Positions 1 to 8,935 of a DNA stretch of 64,000 nt are shown here, one piece after another. The position numbers and the translations under genes are program-made. The stretch lies in IMG/VR virus record IMGVR_UViG_3300021961_000019; one strand, 5' to 3'. Positions within the stretch are counted from its first letter, which is position 1; each line of letters starts with the position of its first letter. This DNA comes from a virus. The notes beneath the pieces were generated by a model. That model worked only from the letters and a program-made list of their open reading frames with translations, had not been told where the DNA came from and searched no databases.

Positions 1-314
1 TTTACACTGTCATTAAATACCGCATAGTGAAGAAGAAATGACACCACAGTGGTAGATTTACCAGTCTGTCGGGGCATCTTACAGATATTAAATCTATGAT
101 CATGAAAATTTTGTATCAGTTTCTGCTGAAACGGATACATTTTAAATGGTTGCAAACCATGATCAAGAGTTACGATCTGGATGTAATTTTGCGTAAAGTA
201 TACCGGATCTTCTTTACACTTGATGAACTCAAGAATCTGGTCTTGAGTGAATTCCATCTGGGTATTAGCCTTTTTAAGATTAGGGTTCCCCAGGTATATG
301 TCATGCCCCGCCAT
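1..314 (-). CDS. g17: Terminase large subunit gp17, N-terminal part (runs off window edge)
   Basis: Hand translation from ATG at 314: MAGHDIYLGNPNLKKANTQMEFTQDQILEFIKCKEDPVYF...RFNICKMPRQTGKSTTVVSFLLHYAVFNDSV. It has the Walker A motif RQTGKST and the YLGNPNLK N-terminus typical of T4-like gp17. Not in the ORF track. Confidence 0.96.
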   Translation of the reverse strand, partial: MAGHDIYLGNPNLKKANTQMEFTQDQILEFIKCKEDPVYFTQNYIQIVTLDHGLQPFKMYPFQQKLIQNFHDHRFNICKMPRQTGKSTTVVSFLLHYAVFNDSV

Positions 315-402
315 AATAACTTACAAACTCTCCACAAAAACTTGTATAATGTATATCGTCTAAAAATCGAACTAATCAGAACAAAGGTTAAGAGTAGTTC
401 TT

Positions 403-1533
403 CTACCATTTAACTTTGTTTGCCCAGTATGCAGCACTCATCTTTCCTTTTGCAATATTCTTTGCATGTCTAGTTTGGAATCTATGGCGACGACTTGCAT
501 ATTCTTTAGATTCTCCCTCTTTCTTTGGAGATCCCTTCACTCCCCTTTGACCGAAGCGAATAATCTTTTCCTTGCCATCCGCACATGCCTTTACAACATG
601 CGACTTTCCGGTTTCTCCAGAACCGTGGGATTGTGCCTTTGGCTTGTTACATGCCATAGCATCCTTATCAATACCCTCACGCACCTGTAGGAGCATTCCG
701 GGATTGAAGTCTGTAACCTTATATCTAATCAATCTGCAACCAGGATATACCTTATTAATCTGATCTAACACTTGCTTTCTTGTTGGGAACTTTGCCTGAG
801 CAAAGAACATCTTATGAACAAAGTTTCTTCCTCTCCAATAAACCTCAACGAAAACGAGATTTCCTACTGCAGCATCCAAGCGACGAATTGCTTCCTTGAT
901 TTCTTCTGAACATACACAAGGATTACGCTCACATACTGGGCAAATATCACACTTGCATTCTTTCTTACCACACTTTTCACACTCTCCACAATTTTCACAT
1001 TCTTCCTTCACTTTTATTTGAGTATACACTCTCTTCTTACCATCTGGAGATGGGACAAACTCACCAAAATCACCAGCAGATGGATCATTCTTATCTACAT
1101 CACCATCAACATCAACATCAACTCTCTTTACTGCTTTTTTTACTAAGGACTTTAAATTTCTATCTGGAATTTCGTGTGGAGCATGAATTTTGAGTTTTCC
1201 CCCAGCGGTTCCTGCTGGTGTTCCCTGATCCTTTTTATCTACATCACTATCAACATCGGTGTCAATTCTCCCAACTGCCTTCTTAACAAGAGACGCTAGA
1301 TTTGATTTGGGAACTTCATGAACTCCATGAACCTTGGACTTTTGTTCATCCATGGCCATTCTAATCATTCTGGATTGATTTTCCAATCTATCTCTTTTAT
1401 CACAATTACCCCTCTTTTCACAACCAACTTCTTTTTGAGCCTCCATATCCTTATCAAATGCCTTAAGAGACATCTTCTCTTTTGGAAGTGGCTTCTTTGC
1501 TTCGTGAATATTGTTGGATTTATCGTAGGTCAT
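403..1533 (-). CDS. Hypothetical late protein with tandem repeat, Cys-rich segment and conserved basic C-terminal domain
   Basis: 376 aa ORF. The C-terminus KIIRFGQRG...RFQTRHAKNIAKGKMSAAYWANKVKW resembles a conserved marine phage domain. Late box upstream. Confidence 0.75.
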   Translation of the reverse strand: MTYDKSNNIHEAKKPLPKEKMSLKAFDKDMEAQKEVGCEKRGNCDKRDRLENQSRMIRMAMDEQKSKVHGVHEVPKSNLASLVKKAVGRIDTDVDSDVDKKDQGTPAGTAGGKLKIHAPHEIPDRNLKSLVKKAVKRVDVDVDGDVDKNDPSAGDFGEFVPSPDGKKRVYTQIKVKEECENCGECEKCGKKECKCDICPVCERNPCVCSEEIKEAIRRLDAAVGNLVFVEVYWRGRNFVHKMFFAQAKFPTRKQVLDQINKVYPGCRLIRYKVTDFNPGMLLQVREGIDKDAMACNKPKAQSHGSGETGKSHVVKACADGKEKIIRFGQRGVKGSPKKEGESKEYASRRHRFQTRHAKNIAKGKMSAAYWANKVKW

Positions 1534-1559
1534 TTTACCGATAATTTTGCCATATTAGT

Positions 1560-1566
1560 TATTTAG
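1560..1566 (-). promoter_or_regulatory. T4-type late promoter core (CTAAATA)
   Basis: TAAATA on the minus strand ~27 nt upstream of the ORF start at 1533. Confidence 0.55.
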
Positions 1567-1585
1567 TAAATACTTACATGAGGGC

Positions 1586-1614
1586 TTGACAAGTTCTTAA
1601 ATACCCATTAGACT
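1586..1614 (+). promoter_or_regulatory. Sigma70-type promoter with a nested late box
   Basis: TTGACA(1586-1591)-17 nt-TAGACT(1609-1614), with TAAATA at 1598-1603 in the spacer; upstream of ORF 1685. Confidence 0.8.
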
Positions 1615-1684
1615 ACCTTTGTTAGGGTTGATAGATGAGGTATAGCTTAGCTTTAAAGACATGATACTTTGAGCATAAACTAAT

Positions 1685-2284
1685 ATGAAATCTAAATTTC
1701 TTGAGTTGGGATATCACTATATTCCTAATATTATCACTAAAAGTGAGGCAATTGCAATCAAATATCAGAATCTTTGTGATCTTCTGAAGGTGCATGGTAA
1801 TCTGCAGGGACAATATGATCCAGACAGGGGAAGAGTTTTAACCATATACACTCCTCCATCATGCACGTATATTATGCCAAGAGTTCATAAGATATTGGAA
1901 AATCTTTGTGGTGAGGAACTGCTTCCAACATATTGGTTCTCTACGACATATCATAATGGAGGTAGAATGAATTGTCACGTGGATAGGCCATCATGTGAGA
2001 TTTCTATTACTATGAATATCTGTGGAGATGCTAAGTGGCCAATCAAATTAAAGGACAAATCTGGCAAGGTTCAATCGGCAATAACTCCTCCCGGATATGG
2101 AGTTGCATATCTTGGAACAGAAGTTCAACATTGGAGAAGTCCATTAAGAACTCATGATAAAGATAAATTTATGCAACTATTTCTTCATTTCGTAAGAAAG
2201 AATGGACCATATGCTGATTATGCTTTTGATGGCCAAAAGTTCAATCATGAGAGATTGAAATATGCCTATGTCTCCTCATCATAA
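1685..2284 (+). CDS. 2OG-Fe(II) oxygenase family protein
   Basis: HxD motif (CHVDRPSCEISITMNI), distal H (VQHWRSP), QLFLHFV; a type common in cyanophages. Confidence 0.85.
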   Translation: MKSKFLELGYHYIPNIITKSEAIAIKYQNLCDLLKVHGNLQGQYDPDRGRVLTIYTPPSCTYIMPRVHKILENLCGEELLPTYWFSTTYHNGGRMNCHVDRPSCEISITMNICGDAKWPIKLKDKSGKVQSAITPPGYGVAYLGTEVQHWRSPLRTHDKDKFMQLFLHFVRKNGPYADYAFDGQKFNHERLKYAYVSSS

Positions 2285-3063
2285 GCATCAGGTGCTTCAC
2301 TAAGAATATCTGATGGAGAATCTAGATCTTCAATTACCTTTTTATATTCATATAGAAGAAACCATCTTCGATATTGTCTTCTGATTACCAAATCCTTTCT
2401 AATCTGATATTGTGGATAATCTTGAGCAGGGAACGTTGGATTGCCATGAGTTTCTGGTGGTGGTGGAGGTAGTCTTTTTGGAAATCCAATATTCCCAAGA
2501 TTTACTATTATATTTCTCCAGTCCTTAAATTCCTGAGTTAATTCCTGAGGTACAGTAATCACACCCTCATCAATCAGATGTGAAACAAAATTATTAATTC
2601 GTGTATTTAATGTGGATTTAATATCATTTAATAGTGTAACTCTTCTTACATGCTGCATATCATCATGAGCAGATGTTATGCCGTTAAAAGTTTCCTGATC
2701 AATAACTTCTAAAGATGAGTATTGACTTAAATCATGTTCTTTGGTGTAAGTGACATTATATCTCAACACCTCATACACATTCCCTCTTATTGGACCCCAT
2801 GGAGTTGTGGTGGTAAATCCTGCATAAGTTACTATTCCAACTGAAATATCATTTTGAAGATTTTGTAGATTGCCCTCATCAACTATTTCTGTAAATTCAA
2901 AATTCTCCGGACATTGTGAAAGCATGTATGGATATCCATTCTCATCTTCCAGTACGTGTATCACATTCAAACCTTCAATTCTTTCATATCGAAGATCTCT
3001 TTTTGATCTGGAGGATGCTATTCCAACCTTGTTATCAATATAATAGTGTTTGATTAGTGTCAT
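2266..3063 (-). CDS. Hypothetical protein, possible tail-fibre assembly-like C-terminal domain
   Basis: 265 aa ORF coupled to 3060..3716. EFKDWRNIIVNLGNIGFP resembles the ends of phage fibre chaperones (weak). Confidence 0.6.
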   Translation of the reverse strand: MTLIKHYYIDNKVGIASSRSKRDLRYERIEGLNVIHVLEDENGYPYMLSQCPENFEFTEIVDEGNLQNLQNDISVGIVTYAGFTTTTPWGPIRGNVYEVLRYNVTYTKEHDLSQYSSLEVIDQETFNGITSAHDDMQHVRRVTLLNDIKSTLNTRINNFVSHLIDEGVITVPQELTQEFKDWRNIIVNLGNIGFPKRLPPPPPETHGNPTFPAQDYPQYQIRKDLVIRRQYRRWFLLYEYKKVIEDLDSPSDILSEAPDAYDEET

Positions 3064-3716
3064 CGAATTTTGATTCCATACTTAGTTTCTATTTCTTGAT
3101 CGACCTCATCTAATGTTTTAACACCTTGAACTGTAAACCATGTGACCATAGAATAGCGAACACCTTTCGTTACTGGTTCTACTTGATGTAGATAATGTTG
3201 TGTGGAGGGGAAACAAATCATAAGTCCTGGTTCGGGTCTAATTCTGATCTTTAATTCTGGGAAAACCAATTCACCACCTTCAAAATCGTCATTCAAAAAT
3301 ATTACGCACGAAAGATCCCTATCAACTGATTTTTTCCATTGCATAGATCCATCTGGATTTCGCCACTTAGCAACACCGTCATAATGTGGTTTATAGTGCC
3401 CACCAACTTCATACTTCAACAGTTGTGGTGGCTCAGAATCTTTAATCTTAAATCCATAAAAGGGATTGATAATCCTATGAACTACATTGTGCAACAAATC
3501 GGTGAGTTCTGGAATAATACCCCCAATATCAATGGTTTTAGTATCCCGAATACGTTTGTCTACTTTTTCACATAGGTCTCCTGTTCCCATCTTTTCGGGG
3601 GCAAAAACACCGGCCGGTAGAGATGCCGTATCTCCTACATAGTCCATCATAAATTTCAACCCATCTCCATTAAGAACATGCGTCTGTATTAATATATTAC
3701 CAAGGAGATTATTCAT
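3060..3716 (-). CDS. Prolyl-4-hydroxylase-like 2OG-Fe(II) oxygenase
   Basis: QLLKYEVGGHYKPHYD (HxD), FLNDDFEGGELVF, HQVEPVTKGVRYSMVTW. Confidence 0.92.
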   Translation of the reverse strand: MNNLLGNILIQTHVLNGDGLKFMMDYVGDTASLPAGVFAPEKMGTGDLCEKVDKRIRDTKTIDIGGIIPELTDLLHNVVHRIINPFYGFKIKDSEPPQLLKYEVGGHYKPHYDGVAKWRNPDGSMQWKKSVDRDLSCVIFLNDDFEGGELVFPELKIRIRPEPGLMICFPSTQHYLHQVEPVTKGVRYSMVTWFTVQGVKTLDEVDQEIETKYGIKIR

Positions 3717-3736
3717 ACTATATTATAGCGATAGTT

Positions 3737-3743
3737 TATTTAG
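3737..3743 (-). promoter_or_regulatory. Late promoter core (CTAAATA)
   Basis: TAAATA ~20 nt upstream of the ATG at 3716. Confidence 0.6.
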
Positions 3744-3745
3744 AC

Positions 3746-4570
3746 CTATAATCCAAAAATATTAATAGACCTTTTCTTTCTCCAAAATTCCAAATTTGAA
3801 TATTTTTTTATTGTATTTTGGTCTAGATAATCGGAAATATTTCGACTTACACCTTTTATTTGAGGACGAACTATGTGCATATTTTGAATTCCATATGCAG
3901 CATCATCTTCCACCTCATTTTGCTGAATGCCCTCAAAATTGTGTTCGTAGTGATTTAATTCTAAAAAATCATAAATCAGATTCATGGTTTTTTGTGGGTT
4001 ACTCAGAATATCATCATACTCAACAAATAATAGGTTTTTTTCGTGCCCCCTAGAAATTGCTGCCTGCAGAATACGATAATATTCCCCAACAGATCCTCCT
4101 TTGGACATGAGATACTCACAGCGATTTTCGGTTGTGATGTCCAACCCATTATGAATTAGTGCTTCATCAACATATGATACTCCATCATTTTTATCCAATA
4201 GTGATATAAATGACGATAATATATCCAATATACTTCTAACCGGACAAATAATCTTTGGATTTGTTGCAATTCCAAAATATTCAATTTTATCGATATGAAA
4301 TGGCCATGATCTCGATTTGTCTATGATTATATTCTCCTCACGATCCCAATAAAAGTTATTTGGCATTTCTGAGATGACTTTAAATAGTGAAGTTGGTTTT
4401 GGAAATGCCTTATACTGCTCACTATTCAATAACTCAAACGATGTTGTTGTTATGAGATGTAGTAGTGGTGAGTTTGTACTGGAATATATTTCTGGATTTT
4501 GATTTAAGATTGAAGTTAAAAGAGTGGAACCGGATCTTGGAAGACCGGACATAAAATAAAACGCTTTCAT
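3746..4570 (-). CDS. Sulfotransferase family protein
   Basis: 5'-PSB loop GLPRSGSTLL, IIIDKS, 3'-PB CPVRSILDILSS, LFVEYDD. Confidence 0.9.
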   Translation of the reverse strand: MKAFYFMSGLPRSGSTLLTSILNQNPEIYSSTNSPLLHLITTTSFELLNSEQYKAFPKPTSLFKVISEMPNNFYWDREENIIIDKSRSWPFHIDKIEYFGIATNPKIICPVRSILDILSSFISLLDKNDGVSYVDEALIHNGLDITTENRCEYLMSKGGSVGEYYRILQAAISRGHEKNLLFVEYDDILSNPQKTMNLIYDFLELNHYEHNFEGIQQNEVEDDAAYGIQNMHIVRPQIKGVSRNISDYLDQNTIKKYSNLEFWRKKRSINIFGL

Positions 4571-4588
4571 AATATAGTCGTAAAACTA

Positions 4589-6469
4589 TTAAATATTTTG
4601 TATGGCTGCTTGAGCTCCAACTCCAGTTGAAAGTGCAGTTGCTGCGCCGGGAGTTTCTGTAGAAAAATCAAACTCTTGGATCGAAGTTTGTGCAAAAAGA
4701 CCTCCAGCAAGATATCCCTTATAGTTGGATGAAAAGGAAGCCGGTCTTCTTTTGGTTGCCCCGATGGGGGATAGTGTTGTAACTGATTCAGTATTATAAT
4801 CCCATCTCCACACTCTAGATTCGTTCGCTCCAAAATATGGACCACCAGTAACCCAATTATATAAATTATTTTCAAAAGTATTTAATTCATATTTTGAAAC
4901 TGGCATAGTTGTTGGACTTAGATTAAACGATTCAGTTGACCAATCAAATGATCTTATGGCATTAGTTGCCGATCCAGTATCTCCACCAAATGTATATGAC
5001 TTATTGAGTGCTCTAGAACTTGCTGCAGTGGATTGTGACATGTTGGTGGGGTATGTTGTTGGATTTGATGTGGTTTCTGAAGTCATATCAATTCGACGGA
5101 CAAAACTCCTATATGCTCCGGGATATGCCGTTGCCCCACCAACAAAATAACCATAATATGAAGATGCATTCATATATGAATGAACATCAACCAGAGCGCC
5201 ATCAAGAGTTAGTGGCGATGCTATAATTATTTCTGTATTCAAGTCCATTCTACTTATAGAGCTGGTTGATCCAGGAGCATATCCCCCTGCAGTATATGCA
5301 AAACCCTTTCCAAATAGAGCAGTCACAGAATCTCTAGATAGAGTATCTGGGTTTCCGGTTGGAGTGCAAGTATCTGATACAAAATCATATCTTTGCACAA
5401 GACTTGTTCTATTGCTTGACACGTATCCACCAATAGAATATCCATTAACATCATATTCAGGAACTCTTGGAACTCCACCCCCCGCTGAGGCAAATCCACT
5501 TCCACCTCCGGGAGTGAGATTTACAGAATTGCTAAATGTTTCTGTAGTAAAATTGAGTTTACTTACTGTGCTATAGAAAGCTGAGTATGTTGTCTCCGTA
5601 ACTCCTGGGCCATTTCCACCTTGAAGATAACCAAAAGATCTATCACCAACAGACATTCTTCCACGTGCAGCTTGTGGCAAGTTCGTTGATGAACTATATG
5701 TTTCATTGGTATAATCAAATCTGTTCGTATCGGATCTTGGTGATGTGCCCCCGCCACCAAGCATAAATGCAAAATGTTCTGTAGTTGCAGTTGCCCCCTC
5801 AAAAAATAAATTTGTGGGATAGTCTGAAGATGCTGAATATGTGTCTGTTGAAAAATCTAATTTATTGGTATTTGAATATTTTGTCTGGAATGTACTCCAA
5901 ATAGATGCTCCTCCAGTAAAAAATCCATAATCTTTATTTGTGCTAGTCTGCAATAAAACTCTAGATCCCGGATAATTTGATGTTGGTGATATAGTTTCTG
6001 TGGAATAATCAAATTTATTTGTGTTTGAATATCCCAAAGCAGTAATTCCGCCGCCAGCACCATATGCATACGCCTCACCCGACACACCACCAATATGAGA
6101 TCGGGCAGCTGGCCAATTTTGTGGAATTGAGACGACATCACTTGTCAAATCCAATCTCTGTATTTGTGAAGTTGCAGTTGTTCCTGATGGCCAGCCGCCC
6201 ATAAACCATCCAAATCTTTGCTTGCAGGCTGCTGCAGATCCCTGTCGGGCAGTTGCTATTGGATTGTTTCCCAAATCTATTGCAGTATCTGATGAAAAAT
6301 CGATTCTATGAATATCACTTCCAGCGGTGGCAGGGCCATCTATATTTCCCACCCAAATTCCATATTCTGCCTCCGCTGGCCAATAGTTGTCTGCAGATCT
6401 AGCGGTATTCAGTATCTGCTGATTATAAACATCGCTCAGACCAAATACTGTTCCAATTACTCTAGGCAT
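4589..6469 (-). CDS. Kelch-like repeat protein, probably two six-bladed beta-propellers (virion associated)
   Basis: About 12 repeats of aromatic-x-x-x-GG...(R/K)-x-D-(F/Y)-x-(T/S)-E-T, e.g. YGFFTGG...NKLDFSTDT and FAYTAGG...SRMDLNTE. Confidence 0.85.
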   Translation of the reverse strand: MPRVIGTVFGLSDVYNQQILNTARSADNYWPAEAEYGIWVGNIDGPATAGSDIHRIDFSSDTAIDLGNNPIATARQGSAAACKQRFGWFMGGWPSGTTATSQIQRLDLTSDVVSIPQNWPAARSHIGGVSGEAYAYGAGGGITALGYSNTNKFDYSTETISPTSNYPGSRVLLQTSTNKDYGFFTGGASIWSTFQTKYSNTNKLDFSTDTYSASSDYPTNLFFEGATATTEHFAFMLGGGGTSPRSDTNRFDYTNETYSSSTNLPQAARGRMSVGDRSFGYLQGGNGPGVTETTYSAFYSTVSKLNFTTETFSNSVNLTPGGGSGFASAGGGVPRVPEYDVNGYSIGGYVSSNRTSLVQRYDFVSDTCTPTGNPDTLSRDSVTALFGKGFAYTAGGYAPGSTSSISRMDLNTEIIIASPLTLDGALVDVHSYMNASSYYGYFVGGATAYPGAYRSFVRRIDMTSETTSNPTTYPTNMSQSTAASSRALNKSYTFGGDTGSATNAIRSFDWSTESFNLSPTTMPVSKYELNTFENNLYNWVTGGPYFGANESRVWRWDYNTESVTTLSPIGATKRRPASFSSNYKGYLAGGLFAQTSIQEFDFSTETPGAATALSTGVGAQAAIQNI

Positions 6470-7313
6470 TTTCTTGAATTAGATCTTGATTGAATAGACT
6501 TTTAATTTTGGGGGCAGTCCCTGCAATTTGCTCATTTTTTGGAGACTGTAGCATCATCTGCTCCAATCCACATATCTCATGAATGCCTTCAGCAACATTT
6601 TTTTGTAGAGCATTTAAGAATTCCATTGGATTTTTTGGATCACCAAAATCACCCTTCACTCTATTTACATCATCATCAAGGACAGTTGGTGAACTTGCTC
6701 TGCGCATAGAACGAATATTTCCAGCATTCACTCCAGTCTTGACAGCAAGAAGTTCGTCAAGAGCCTGACTGGACAAACGACGCTCCCAATATTTTGGTTG
6801 ATCTTCAATGAATTGTTCTCTGGTCACTGGTCCACCATTGAGTTCAATCAGACGTTCGATAATTCTATCGAAGAATTGTAATTCCTCTAAAGCAGATTTA
6901 AAACCAAAGATCTGAACATCCATGAATCTATTATATTCAAATTCATCAATATCATACCAACACAAAACTTCGCCACCATGACCTTTCCACCACAGTGGTT
7001 GAGTTTTATCTTTACCTTCCCACTTGTAGAAAAACTCTCTTGATTTCTTCTTGGCTTCAATAATCTCAACCATCATGTTCTCAGCAACACTCTTTCTGTT
7101 TACAATTGCTGCTTTGAATGCTGACGGTAGAGTATAACTATCATGAATGATGAATTTCTCTATCTGGAAATTTGTTCTGTTCTGAGTTAATTCCTTTTCA
7201 ATTTCATCCCACTTATTGCACTCAGATAGAATTTTAAAGAGATATTCGTTGTCGTCATCAACTACATCTCTTGCCGAAGAAATTTGCAAATCGTTTTCAC
7301 TCATAACAATCAC
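6462..7313 (-). CDS. Hypothetical helical protein coupled to the Kelch protein
   Basis: 283 aa ORF whose stop overlaps the Kelch gene start by 8 nt; late box upstream. Confidence 0.75.
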   Translation of the reverse strand: MIVMSENDLQISSARDVVDDDNEYLFKILSECNKWDEIEKELTQNRTNFQIEKFIIHDSYTLPSAFKAAIVNRKSVAENMMVEIIEAKKKSREFFYKWEGKDKTQPLWWKGHGGEVLCWYDIDEFEYNRFMDVQIFGFKSALEELQFFDRIIERLIELNGGPVTREQFIEDQPKYWERRLSSQALDELLAVKTGVNAGNIRSMRRASSPTVLDDDVNRVKGDFGDPKNPMEFLNALQKNVAEGIHEICGLEQMMLQSPKNEQIAGTAPKIKSLFNQDLIQENA

Positions 7314-7327
7314 TATTACTACTCTTT

Positions 7328-8257
7328 TTATTTATTAGTCAAAATAACGTTCTTCCAATATGATGCTATTTTTTTCCAATCATACCAATATCGCGTAATA
7401 TCGGACAAATCTTTGGTTGCGGCATAAAATGTCTGTGGTTCTAAGTCAAAATAATGAAAACAATCACACAACATTCTTGAGAAATCTTCAACAAAAATAT
7501 CATTAACCACCCAACCACGATTGCTATTTTTGCCATTCATTTTAATATACTTTCCCCGATCAAATGAAATTTCTCTAAGTGCTCCAATATCACTAACGAT
7601 TGGAAAGCATCCAGATGCCATTGCCTCTGCCATTGAGACACAAAATGTTTCTTCCCACACATTTGGGTGAACGAAGAATGCAGCATCCTTTACATGTTCC
7701 ACAAGATCATTTCTATCAATACATGGAGAGTATAGAACATTTGGAAGGGATTTCAATTCCTCAATTGCTCTCATCATAAATCCATCCTCATGATCATGGT
7801 TTTTGCAATTACCATACAAATCCATGGATGAGAATACTTTTAAATTTGCATCTGGGTGTTTACTAATAACTCTTTTCCAAATTTCTGGTAGTGGAACTAT
7901 TCCTTTATGTGGCGCAGAAAAGAATATTGCCGTTTTTGATTTTCTATTGAGTGGTGGAGCAAACATGGGATCTACTCCATTTGGAATAACAACTATTTTA
8001 TTTTCTGGTGCCCGATTGAATCTAACAAATTGGTTCTTTGCCCACGTGGATGGACATACAATCAAATCTATTTCATTAATTACTTCTGGCAAATTGTGAT
8101 GAACAAATTGATCACAATTATCATGTGCCCATATGATTTTATATCTTTTGGTTGATCTGTAAGCCTCTTCCGTAGTTCTTACAATATCAACATCATTTGG
8201 TTTATTGAGATGTTGGAAGAGATAGTAAAACGATGTTTCAGTTGCCCCAGATTTCAT
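7328..8257 (-). CDS. Glycosyltransferase, GT-B fold (GT4 / Glycos_transf_1-like)
   Basis: VVIPNG, FFSAPHKG, HPNVWEETFCVSMAEAMASGCFPIVSDIGAL (ExF...E motif). Probable start is MKSGATE at 8257. Confidence 0.9.
   Translation of the reverse strand: MKSGATETSFYYLFQHLNKPNDVDIVRTTEEAYRSTKRYKIIWAHDNCDQFVHHNLPEVINEIDLIVCPSTWAKNQFVRFNRAPENKIVVIPNGVDPMFAPPLNRKSKTAIFFSAPHKGIVPLPEIWKRVISKHPDANLKVFSSMDLYGNCKNHDHEDGFMMRAIEELKSLPNVLYSPCIDRNDLVEHVKDAAFFVHPNVWEETFCVSMAEAMASGCFPIVSDIGALREISFDRGKYIKMNGKNSNRGWVVNDIFVEDFSRMLCDCFHYFDLEPQTFYAATKDLSDITRYWYDWKKIASYWKNVILTNK
7329..7335 (-). promoter_or_regulatory. Late promoter (ATAAATA)
   Basis: Exact cyanomyovirus late consensus 16 nt upstream of 7313. Confidence 0.7.
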
Positions 8258-8259
8258 AA

Positions 8260-8919
8260 TTAACTTCCAAAAACATGTGAACCAACATGCAATAGTGAAA
8301 TTGATGTGTCCAACCAAACATCATATCCCACACTTCTTGCTCTTTCAAAGAATGAAAAATCTTCAGGTAAGTATGCATTATTCTTTTTCATCTCATGGAA
8401 AAAGTGGTATGAATTGTGATATTCACGCTCAGTAATTTCTGGACCTATTGTGGCATTCAAAGGTGGGAAAAATTTCAACTCTTCACCATACCTATGAATA
8501 ATTTTTAGAAAAACATTCCGATGTATTAATGCAAATCCAAATCCTATTCTATTAATTTGCACTAAATTTCCCTCACGAACAATCGGTTGCTTAAAATCGT
8601 AGTTATATTCTAAAGGAATTTTTTTCATTGGATATGCACCACAAACAATATCCTTACCACTTCTTAGCAATTTAAATACATCTTCGGACAAAAAACCAAC
8701 ATCTGCATCAATAAACAATATCCATTCAAAATCGGTATTGTTTATGAAATGATTTGCAATTTTAGATCTTCCTTTTGTGATTAGAGATTCGTTTGATAGT
8801 AATAAAAGTCCATGATCTATTTGGTGGGTTCGCAACTCCTTACCCAACAAAAATAATCCTTTGGTTGTTTTATCGCTCACAAGACCACCGTAACATGGCA
8901 TCGCTATCATTAAAGACAT
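8260..8919 (-). CDS. Glycosyltransferase, GT-A fold (GT2-like)
   Basis: IAMPCYGG, LFIDAD (DxD), IGFGFALIHR, LPEDFSFFERA...H.G. Confidence 0.82.
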   Translation of the reverse strand: MSLMIAMPCYGGLVSDKTTKGLFLLGKELRTHQIDHGLLLLSNESLITKGRSKIANHFINNTDFEWILFIDADVGFLSEDVFKLLRSGKDIVCGAYPMKKIPLEYNYDFKQPIVREGNLVQINRIGFGFALIHRNVFLKIIHRYGEELKFFPPLNATIGPEITEREYHNSYHFFHEMKKNNAYLPEDFSFFERARSVGYDVWLDTSISLLHVGSHVFGS

Positions 8920-8935
8920 TATGTTTTTTTATCTA

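Noticed and set aside
96-413. Track ORFs 96..413 (+) and 170..409 (-)
   Set aside because: They overlap the real g17 frame (314..1), which has clear terminase motifs; neither has recognisable features.
1530-1553. Mini-ORF MAKLSVK overlapping the start of 403..1533, as a frameshift or leader-peptide signal
   Set aside because: Only 7 codons, with no slippery site or supporting structure; compatible with chance.
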